Both the position numbers and the translations under genes were made by a program. The notes beneath the pieces were generated by a model. It was not told the origin of the DNA, made no database searches, and saw nothing but the letters and a program-made list of their open reading frames with translations. From Lingula anatina (taxonomy: Eukaryota; Animalia; Brachiopoda): 64,000 nt of DNA. The stretch spans positions 48,490,401 through 48,554,400 of the forward strand of contig CM120641.1 in assembly GCA_051362555.1 (NCBI GenBank), in the 5' to 3' direction. Numbering within the stretch: the first letter of the stretch is position 1; each line of letters opens with the position of its first letter. Of the stretch, positions 49,009 through 61,000 are shown piece after piece.

Positions 49009-52000
49009 AGACGCAGATGATGGCTATATGTACAGACACATCTGTGTCTGTACATAAAAAGTAGACCTTTAACAAACTTACAGCTTAATTAAATTAAACA
49101 CTGTCCTACATGTTACATGTTAGGAGATTTCTGCTTATGAACAGGGCAGAATCAGTTATTTCAAAGTGGGTCCTTTTTCTTTAAAAAAAACCTTTTTGGC
49201 TGTTAAGTTGACTTATTTTCAGAATTGCAAAGAACCCAGATCAAAACAAAACAATATTTAGTGGTAATATTGGAAAGAAAGGCACAATGACCTAGAAAAA
49301 AATGCATTTTATAAGATTGTAATATAAATATCTTTATCATAATTGTAGTTTTAGTTTAATATTCATTTTATACCATAAATGCAGCCTATCACAGGTGTCT
49401 ACACAGACACAGAGCTGAAGACAGTTGTCTACTCACAGCCAGCAGCTGCTTGTCTTTCAAATCCTGCAGTGTCTGTTTGGTGACGTGGGTGATGAAGATT
49501 CCAGTGTAGTTGCCACCATTGATTTCGCACTCTGTCTGCAGCTGCTCCGCGGACATGGTCTCAGTTGATGACGGGAACGATGGAATGCTGGGAAAAAATT
49601 TTTAAAAATAATGTTATTGGCAAATGTTCAGTGTAATATATATTAACTTCTATTCTGATAATTAAAAGATTAAATAAAAAAAAGAAAGAAAGCTTAATGA
49701 ACAAGGTAAGCAGGCCCGTAGCCAGGGGGGAGTTCGGGGGGTTCGAAAGAACCGCCCCTTTTGCTGGGAAAAGGTCCACTCTGGGTAAAATTTGATCTAT
49801 GTACATGAAGTTTTTATGGAAAAAGGTCCACTTTTTCAGAAAAAGAACCCCCCTATTGAAATTGCTATCTACGGGTCTGGTAAGTAAGGCCCTCAATTAC
49901 AAAGAAATACTGAAGCATGTAGATTGTTGGTGACTTCGCATAGGCTGCCCTATAAAGATGATCTAAAACGTACAATACTGCATATGTATCCAACTCATAA
50001 AACCCAAGTTTAAGAGCATACAACAGTCTTCGTATGGACGTTAATCCCTGTTACAGATATTACCTGTTCAGCTGGGGTAACCCTGCAGTACCAAATCCTG
50101 CAGATTTGTAAAATGGTGTCTTTTGGTTCTCCTCTTGTCCTGACAGTGGCGCCCCCTCTGAGTCTCCTGAATATATGAAAACACATATGTTATCTTAATA
50201 CATATATTGTAGAACTACAAGTACATCTAATATCAACCTTGATATAATTAGTTATGCAGTCACCTAGTAAGGATATATATATATACGTGTAGAATGGCAC
50301 TGTAGGCAAATATATCATGTCAATGTTGGTTTACATGTAACCTAGCTTAAAATAAAAAAATATTTTGGCAATACTTCAAGCCTCATTTCTCCATACTGTA
50401 CAATATTGCTCGTGTGCCTTGTTTCAATTACTGACAGTATGTGACACAATATCAGGCAGAACATTTCCAAAATGACTGAACAAAGTCACCAGTTGCCCGC
50501 TGAATATTGCATCACATAACATCAGTAATTGCACTGAGGCTCATGGGTTGGGGGGGGGGGGGGGGGGGGGGGCAGGGAGGGGTAGAATATAGTCCAACAT
50601 TCAGCACTTCTCAAGCAGTCAAAGTGGACACAATAAAATACGACACAGGTATGTGACTGACACCCTGTATTTCACATGACTATTTAGACGATAAAGTATA
50701 CAGACCTCCAGCCTTCCTGGCTGTCCTGTCATCATGTTCCACAGGTTTGCCTGTATCTTCAAAGTCCAGCCTGGAGAACAGCTGAGGAAACAGAACTCAT
50801 CAATTATCATAGATGATGTACACAAACCTGAATCTGTTTACAGCTGCTCAGATATACTCAGTACTGGGGTCAGTTTATTTGCAGGGTGAATTACAAATAA
50901 TGCTTACAAAATAAGACCAATAACAATAACATGAAATCCATAAATGGTGCTTCATTCTAAATTCTGGGCTATAAATACACATCTCATTCTTAAACTAAAA
51001 AGGGATGTAGAAGGTATTCCCAGCCCTCTACAAAGAGATACTTTTAGTATCTGTATTATGTTTTTTTCCTGACAATACAGCTTAAATCATAACTGAAATA
51101 AAAGACAGGCCACAGACAGTTTGAATAAGAACATTACTCATTAACATCTCAAAATGATAACAAATCTATTTAACAAACCTTTTCTTTCTTGAACACATTC
51201 TCAACAACACTGCATTGGTCTTCTGTATAGGTGGAGCCACTAGTAATCTCTGTACTGTCAGAAGTATAGGTGGCGCCAGCTGTCTCCAGGTCTGAGCGCT
51301 GGATAACGGAGAGTGTACAGGGCTCTACCCAGTGATGTTTATCCTTAATGGAATTTGAGGGCTAAAATATAAAATGCATTCAATATACAGTAAGACACAT
51401 ATAACATTTGCAAGCATAACATTTATTAGGGCGTATTCCCAGAGCTTTTAGATCGATCTATCCCCGTGGGGAGTCTCACTAGATTACTGTCAGATAATCC
51501 GGCCTAAATGTCCGTCCCGCCTACTACAAGCTATAAGGGGGTAATTAACTTTTGTGCCCACTCGGCTGACACCTATCTAGCGTGAACCCCCAGGGAGTTC
51601 TAAAGTAGATCGATCTAATCTCTGGGAATGGGGTCTTAGATTTGTCAACAAATGAGAATATATACATGTGAGTATTTTTAACTAATCCCAATACCGGTAC
51701 AACCATTGTTTAAGACAAATTCCTTACTGCATCTGACGACATTAGAGTAATACAACTGAAATGTATACGAATTACATACCTGAACTGTTGTGCTGTCTGT
51801 TCGCTGTAAGTTTCGACAGAAACGTTGTGTACGATCACAACTTGTTGGTGCTAAAATATAACAGAAAGACAAGCTAAATGCCAAATGATAAACCTAAACT
51901 ATCATTTCTTTTATCTTTTTTATGCCGTGTCATTAAGAACTCCAATTTTGACAATGGCAGGTTCCTTTTCTTTCAGTCTTTTGACATGTAAAAATATCAA

Positions 52001-55000
52001 AGATGGAGTCAAGTCTATCAATAAAATTATTTCTCAATCAATTAATGACCCAGAAACATCCATCAGCCTGGTGACGCTTGCTTACCTAAAGGGAAATCCT
52101 TGAAAGGGTCTGATTTAAAAGTAGCAACCTCTGGAGCAGGCGGGGAAGTCACCATGGCTTTTTTGCCAGGTTTTGTATTTATTATTTTGTGATGTTTCAA
52201 ATTTAGGGTCCGATTTCTCTGAAATATGAAAATGCATTGCAACCATTTAAACCAAATAAACCAAATTCATGGGTAGGATTTAGGATTAGAAAATGCATTG
52301 TGTAACAGCAAAATTTCTTTGTATTAATTGGCAAGAAAATTATCCCAAAAAATCTCACTAACAATAGCACAATGGTACAATTTTCTAAACAACCAAGATC
52401 AACAGTACAATTTCACATCATTCAACTTATTGTGCACTTAATGGGTTTCCACTATATTTTGAATTAAACTCTTTGTTATTCTGAGCCTTATGTTTCTAGC
52501 CACTGTGTCAGACAAGGCAGTATCTTAACATGAAAACCCTTAGAGAGAGCCTTCAAGTTGTTTTCATGGATTTCCAGATTCACATGTTTTAACCCTTAAT
52601 TCTATATATCTTGTATTGGACAGATTATACAACAACAAAAAACAAGGCAGCAAAGCTGTCAAATGTACAGACAAAAAAACAGGAAATAACTATGCACAAA
52701 ATAGGCTACTGTCAATTCTGATGCAAAAGTACATTATGTTGAACTGCAAATTCAACATTAAATTTTAATTATGCTCAACAGGTAATACCAATGTAAGTAA
52801 AATGTGTAACAAGCATAAGGCTTCAGGCCCATGGGAGTTCAAGTTCACACTTTGAAAATGTATAACTTCCAGAAAAAGAAGCCAATTAGACTACTTTTCC
52901 AACTCAGGCTGCATTTTAGCCCTGTATTTCTTTTTTGAAAGTTTGGCAATCATAAATAACATGGTTTTCCCATAATGGTCATCATGGCAGCAGCACCCAA
53001 AATTGTGTTTTCTTCTATTCTGATGCAATATTACATAATGGTTAACAGCATAAAGACCGTCAACTTTTGAAAATAAAATAAACGTATCATGGATTTTCAG
53101 AAAATGTGACTAGCACAGGTCTTCAAGCATATCTTGTGAAAAATTAAATTTTCACAAAAAAAAAACTGTTTAACTGGCAGTAAGAATTACCAAACAGACT
53201 GCATTGCCTACTGAAGCTGTATTTTAGTTGCATGTTTCTTTCCTGCAAGTTTGAGAACAGTAAGTGACCTGGTTTTTCTTAAATGGTCATTACGGGAGCA
53301 GTGCCCAAAATAGTTTTTTTGATGCAATATTACATAACGTTTAACAGCATAATGACCATCAATTTTTAATAATAAAATATTAGTATCATGGATATTCAGA
53401 AAATGTGATATGGGAAGGTCTTCAGGCCCATGGAACTTCAAAGTCACAACTTGAAAATGCCAAAATGTAAACAAGACAGCACTGTTCTGAAATGTTTTTT
53501 TTTAAACATAAAACAAAATTAACAGTTTACTGCCATTTTTATATGATCAACTAAGAAAAATATCAATATAGCAGTGTTAAATAACCAATTTCTTCCATTC
53601 TGAGATTCTGAACATAGTGAATGATTGAATCTGACAAACTGCTATGACATGAGTTTATTTCCACTTTTGAAACTTTATTACACAATACACGATAATAAGT
53701 TTACCATTATTTTTACAAAATCAACTAACAATGTTGTAAAGATGCAGGAAATGTCAAACAAACACTTTTACGTATCTTATTAGTTAACCAATGAGACTGT
53801 TAACATGCCTAAGAATTGAATGTGAGGAAATGTGAAAAAACAGCATAACTTCTAAAATAATGGCCCGATTATGCTGATTTTCGAACTCAACCTGTGTTTT
53901 AGCAGCATTGACCACTCCTGTGAGTTTAGTGACAATTGGCCTATCTGTTTTCCTTATATTGTGTTTACAGTGTTGCATATATGCTGAAAAGTGGGGAAAA
54001 AAGCATAACTACTAAAATAGTGGCCCGGTCATGCCGCTGTTCGAACTTGACCTCAATTTAGTGAGATCCATTACCCCAGCGAGTTTCATGACAACAGGCC
54101 TATCGTTTTTTTCTTGAAATGTGTCTACAGTGTTGCATATATGCTGAAAAGTGAAAACATCTTAAAAATGCCAGTTTGAAAAATTAAAAATTAAAGAAAA
54201 AATTACAAAAATATTCCACTAAAGCTGCCATTCAGTCTAGGTGCATAACCATGATATGAATCATCCAACTTGAGTTTAAACAGTGTAAACAACTCGCAGA
54301 AATATAATATATTTTGTTTTACTACAAAAAGGGCAGTCATAGCTATTATTCTGATATCTGGACTTTTCATCAGACCATGTGACATCCATAGATGGCTATA
54401 CTTTGTAATAATATCTTAAGAGATTATAACAAAAAAAAAAAAAAAAAAAACACTTTTTAGAAAGAAAATTAATTATTTGCCAAAAAGAACAGTCAAGTTG
54501 CAAATATTGCACAACAGGTAGTATCAATAAAAGTTAAATGTTACGTGTCCTTGGGAGTTATAAGTCCCACAATGAAAATTCCAGTACGTGAAAGATAAAA
54601 TTTCACAAAATGTACAACAGAATAACATTGTCAATAAGATTATAGTTTCAGGACCATATGTGAGAGTTTAAATTCACATAATGAAAATCCCAATATGTGA
54701 AAAAAGATGACAGTGCATAAAATAATATAATTACACAATGTTTAAAGACATAAAAACCAACACAACTCCTTATGTGGAAAAACAGAAAATGCACAGTGCT
54801 TCTGGTGGATGGGAGTTGAAAGTGATATCTTGAAGATGCTAGTGTTTGAAAAATAATTAAAAGAAAATGTAAAATAAAACAAAACAAAAAATTCCAATAA
54901 AGCTGCTATTCAAACTTTAAATCTAGCTGTCTAATTACTAACATGACTAACATTTACCTGCACAATAATCATCGCTTCCTAATTATATGACACAGTTAAG

Positions 55001-58000
55001 AGAGATATACCCAGGGGACTTTACAATGAAATCTCATCGTGTGTTTTATGTAATCTCATTTAATGGCCACTTGAAAAATTATTAAGCAAATTACTTTATG
55101 AACGTGTGTTTTATGTAATCTCATTAAATGGCCACTTGAAAATTAATTAAGCAAATTAGTTTGTGACCCTGAATTAATAAACTGCCATATACATTTATTG
55201 CACCATAGTTCACTCTATAGAACTGCATTGCTTCCAAAACAGAAAACAATCACACTGGTTTTCCAACACAAGCTGCACTTCAGTCTTATGAAACTTTTCA
55301 GTAAATTTGAGTATCATAAGTAACATGGTTTTCCCTTAATCGCTATCCTGGCAGCAGTGTCCAAAATACAGGTTTCTTCAACTTTCATGCAATAAACACA
55401 ATACTTAACAGCATAATGACCATCAATTTTTTATTAAAAAAAAAATAAAAGTATCATGGATATTCAGAAAATGTGATATGGGAAGGTCTTCAAAACCATG
55501 GAAGTTCAAAGTTCAAAGTTCAAAATGCCAAAATGTAAACAAGAGATAACTGTACTGAAATGATTTTCTTTCCATTTTCAACACCTTTTTACATAAAACA
55601 AAATAATCAATTTACTGTCATTTTTAAATGATCATCTGGGAAAATTGTCGACATAGGAAAAATATCAATAGAACAATTTTAAATGTCCAATTTGCTCCAT
55701 TTGCAGATTCTGAACATAGTGAATGATTGGATCTGACAAACTGCAATGATGAGTTCCTTTCCATTCTTGATACTTTATTACACAATGCATGATAACAGGT
55801 TTACCATCATTTTTATATAATCAACTAACAATATTGTTAAGAAGCAGAAAATGTCAAAACAACACTTTTACATATCTAATTAGTTCCATATTGAGACTGT
55901 TAACATGCCTAAGAATTAAATCTGAAGAAAAAAAAAACACTTATATACAAAAAGGCTAATAACTTCATCAAAACTTAACTGATCAAGCTTATTTTCAAAC
56001 TTGATCTGTATACTAGTCAGACTAATCACTGCTGTGAGTTGCAAGACAAAAGGCTGATTGGTTTTCCTTAAAATGTGTTATCAGTGTTGCATATATGCTG
56101 AATAAGGAAAAAAACAGCATAACAGTTGTAAATATAGTCCAATCAAGCCAATTTTCAAACTTGAAATGCGTATTATGAATATTCATCAGTTTCAATCCAA
56201 AAAGAAAAACATTTTACACTGATCCTGTTTTCCGTGTTACAAAAATGCTGAAAATTTTGAAAAAAAAAAAACATCATAACTTCCCTAAAATTGGCCGGAT
56301 CATGCTGAATTTCAAACTTGACCTGCGTATTATAAATATTAATCAGTTCTGTAAGTTTCAAGCCAAAAAGTAAAATGATATTTTACTTATCATGTTATCG
56401 GTGCTACATAAATGCTGAAAAAAGTGAAACAAGACAGCACTGTTCTGAAATGGGTTTTTTACCATTTTTAAGACTTTTTTAACATAAAACAAAATAAACA
56501 GTTTACTGCCATTTTTATATGACCAACTAAGAAAATTGAAGAGATGGGAAAATATCAATAAGACAGTGTTATATGTCCAATTTCCTCCATTATGAGATTC
56601 TGAACATAGTGGATGATTGAATCTGACAAACTGCAATGATATGTGTTTATTTCCATTTTTGACACTTTATTACACAATACACGATAACAGGTTTACTATC
56701 ATTTTTACAAAATCAACTAACAATGTTGTAAAGATGCAGGAAATGCCAAACAAACACTTTTACGTATCTTATTAGTTAAATAATGAGACTGTTAACATGC
56801 ATAAGAATTGAATGTGAGGAAATGTGAAAAAACAGCATAACTTCTAAAATAATGGACCGATTTTGCTGATTTTCCAACTCAACCTTCGTTTTAGTAAGAT
56901 TGGCCACTCCTATGAGTATTATGACAATTGGCCTATCTGTTTTTCACTTATCGTGTTATCAGTGTTGCATATACGCTGAAAAAAGTGAAAAAAAACAGCT
57001 TAACTTCCATAAAAGTGGTCCAATCATGCTGATTTTCAAACTCGACCTGTATATTATGAATATTTATCAGTTCTGTAAGTTTCAAGCCAAAGGGTAAAAC
57101 AGCTTTTCATTTATTGTGTTATCAGTGTTGCAAAAATGCTGAAAAAAAGTGAAAAAATAGCCTAAATTCAGTAAAAATAACCCAATCATGCTGATTTTCA
57201 AACTTGACCTGCGTATTATGAATATTCATCAGTTCGGTAAGTTTCAAGCCAAAAGGTAAAATGGTTTTCCATTTATGGTGTTATCGGTGCTGTATATATG
57301 CTGAAAAAAGAGAAAAATAGCCTAAATTTACTAAAAATGACCCAATCACGCTGATTTTCGAACTTGACCTGCGTATTATGAATATTCATCAGTTCTGTAA
57401 GTTTCAAGCCAAAAGGTAAAATCGTTTTCCATTTATGGTGTTATCGGTGCTGTATATATGCTGAAAAAAGAGAAAAAATAGCCTAAATTCACTAAAAATG
57501 ACACAATCACGCTGATTTTCGAACTTGACCTGAGTATTATAATTATTCATCAGTTCTGTAAGTTTCAAGCCAAAAGGTAAAACGGTTTTCCACTTATCGT
57601 GTTATTGGTGCTGCATATATGCTGAAAAAAGTGAAAAAACAGCATAAATTCCCTATCAGTGACCCGATCATGCTGATTTTCGAACTTGACCTGCGTATTA
57701 TAAATATTCATCAGTTCTGTAAGTTTCAAGCCAAAAGAAAAAACAGTTTTCCACTTATCGTGTTATCGGTAAAAGTGCACGGCGACGACGGCAACGACGG
57801 CGACGACGGCAACGACGGCGACGACGGCGACGACAGACGCAGATGACGGCTATATGTACAGACACATCTGTGTCTGTACATAAAAAGCAGAAAACACACT
57901 CTCACACCTACATGTACTGCTAACACACTAGCTGTCACACCTAACACACTGTCACATCTAACACACTCTCCCACCATATATTAGAAGCACACTAGCTGCC

Positions 58001-61000
58001 ACACCTAACACAGTCACACCTAACACACTGTCACACCTAACACACTCTCCCACCTACATATATTAGAAGCACACTAGCTGTCAAACTTAGCACACTTACA
58101 TGACTATGAGTTGTGCCGTATGAGCTTCCACTGAGATTATCAGCAAAGTCATCAGATCTGGAGCTCTCAAAAGATGTTCGTACTGAAAGGTCACTCTGAT
58201 GAAAAAAAAAGACATTTCAGAATCTAATATAGCATATTTTACATCAGAATCCTGAATTTTACCAGTTAAAATACTGTAAGCACAGCAATAAAGCTGCAAC
58301 ATATCAAAAACTGGTCTCTGGTCTGTCTTTACCTCACCATGATTGTCAGTTATAGAGTTCACGGGGTCCCATGGCTGGAACCACACCAGCAAGAGATAAC
58401 TCTCAACTGACTGACATTCTGAATATAGACAAAAAAATTATCAAATATCTCCAAACAACTGCTTCCATTACACTGAAACCTCCATTACCCCAGAGAAACT
58501 TCCAGATCGCCTTGCTTCCTTCATCATGGCTTTCAGAGACGAGCACTGTGCCTCAAGGCGATGCAGCTGAGAACAGAGATCCTCCTTCTCTTTTTCAATG
58601 TCATACTTTTCTTGTAGTACGCGGTCCCTGTCATTAGTCCTGTCTTTACACTGAGACTGGGCCAAGTCACGCTGCCTTGCAATCTGTAAAGGAATTAACC
58701 ATCATCATTTACCGAAAATGTAAAAATTTTCTTTTTCAATTTGAAACATACAGGAATTCCAAATGGAATCATGATTAACCATTGTTACTGATTAAGGAAA
58801 ACAGGAGGAGGCCACAATGGATCTATCCCTACCTCACTTCTCTCTGCCCTGTCATGTCACAGTGGACCTATCCCTACCTCATCCCTCTCTGCCCTGTCAT
58901 GTCACAGTGGACCTATCCCTACCTCATCCCTCTCTGCCCTGTCATGTCACAGTGGACCTATCCCTACCTCATCCCTCTCTGCCCTGTCATGTCACAGTGG
59001 ACCTATCCCTACCTCATCCCACTCTGCCCTGTCATGTCACAGTGGACTTATCCCTACCTCATCCCTCTCTGCCCTGTCATGTCACAGTGGACTTATCCCT
59101 ACCTCATCCCTCTCTGCCCTAATCTGCTGGAGCTGGCCCCAGTACTCCTCCCGCTGCTGCTTGGTCTGGTCCACTTCCTTCAGCAGCTGATTCACTTTGA
59201 TCAAATACTTGTCATTCTCCTCACATAACTGAAATAAAGATGTTATTGTGTTTTCATATGGTGAGTAACAGTGCCATAATACTCCATCCTACAAATAACA
59301 GATCCATGAACAAGCATGTTTCAGAAACAAGCACTCATATTACAAGTAAATACTTTTAACAGTTGAAAGAATCATCTACTGGGAATAAATAATATAAATG
59401 TTTTCATATCAGACATTTCTTACTTTGAGTTTGTCTTTAGCAGCATCATGTTGTGCCTGTCTTGCTGTCATTAGCTCCTGTCCGTATGTTTCATTGGCTT
59501 GTTCCAGATCGCGCACCTGCTCACGAAGGATCTCCAGCTCCATCTCCATTGGGCTGTAGTTCTCGGAGACTGACGGAGCCACGCTGTGCATGACCTGTAC
59601 ATTAAATGATGGTGAGCCCAGTAAATACACTGAGATGATCTTGTTTTATTCACAGATCTATTCTACACCTACTCTACTTTTTAAAATTTATAACAAACCC
59701 AGTCATTTTAAAACCCACTTCAGGGTTTGTTTTATAAGAAACTGAATAGATTCCTCGCAGAAATTACACTGTAAGCTTTCAAGTGGGTCAGCCACTTTTG
59801 AACCGAAGAACTGTTAGTCCATGGATCAACTCTAAATATGAATGTGGCCATACCTGTCTTTTCATCTGGTCCAACTGTCTCCTTAACCCATCGTTTTCTA
59901 TCTTTATCTCGTCCAGCCTCTCTTTGCTTTCCTTGTCCAGCTGGTCCTGAAGAACCTGTGTCAAACGGTTAGCCTGCTTGTACTGGCCTGAAATATAAAA
60001 CTATCAATTTGGTACCAAATATCTCCTTCCTCTGACAGTAACCAAAGCACAGGAGTTCAACTATAATGACCGTTAATTTCATACCACAGCATAGGAAAGC
60101 TTTCAGTTCGGTACTAATTGAACTACACAGAACAGGGATTATAACTAGTATCTTTGGCAATTTCTTAATAACCATGAAAACAACCACTTCCATATCTACA
60201 TCTCTGTGTATGCTCCAATTAAACATAGCCAAAAATAATCTACCTTCACATTGTTCAATGCGCAGCTCATACTGCCGACATTGTCTTACAGCTTTGTCTC
60301 TTTCAATCATGGCCTGGCGACATCTGTCTTCCATCCTCTTACTTTCTTGAGAATATGTCAGACACATTCTACTGGTTTCCGCTGAAGAATTACAACTAAC
60401 TGTTATATATGGTACTTAACACATACTTAACACATTACATGTATGTCACACATAACACATTGTATCACACCTAACACAGTGTCACACCTAACACAATATA
60501 AAATCCATCATAATCCTTAGTGCAATATCTAAAACACATTTTATGATACATACAATGTACAATGTTACCAACAAAGAAAATGACAACCACAGCTTACCAT
60601 TAATTTGTAGAAGATTATTCTTTTCATGTAGTAAATGCTGAACATCCAGTTTCAGTTTATTGTAATCTGCCAGTTTTGTCTGAAGTTGACTGTTCTCTTG
60701 CTGCAAATAAAAGGTCCATGCATCAAAAATAGTTCAAGTTAGATATGGTTTCTGCTGAAAAAACATGCACAAATTGTTTAAGCAACAAATTATTGTAATT
60801 CAAAGTTTAAGTGTATTATGCTTAATTTGTATTAAGTTGGAACAGTAATAATAAAATATATGAACAGAGAATTTCATACTCCCATGAACAGCCAGGAGAC
60901 ACAAGAAACAATAAATAAAACAATAAAAACATTAAAATTCTGTCAATCAACAAACTTGACTAGACTTTAATTCTCCAAGATACCTCCAAGCGATCTGATG

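Noticed and set aside
58782-59228. Plus-strand 148-aa ORF with QWTYPYLIPLCPVMS repeats
   Set aside because: Antisense shadow of CARMA exon 8 plus the 45-bp minisatellite.
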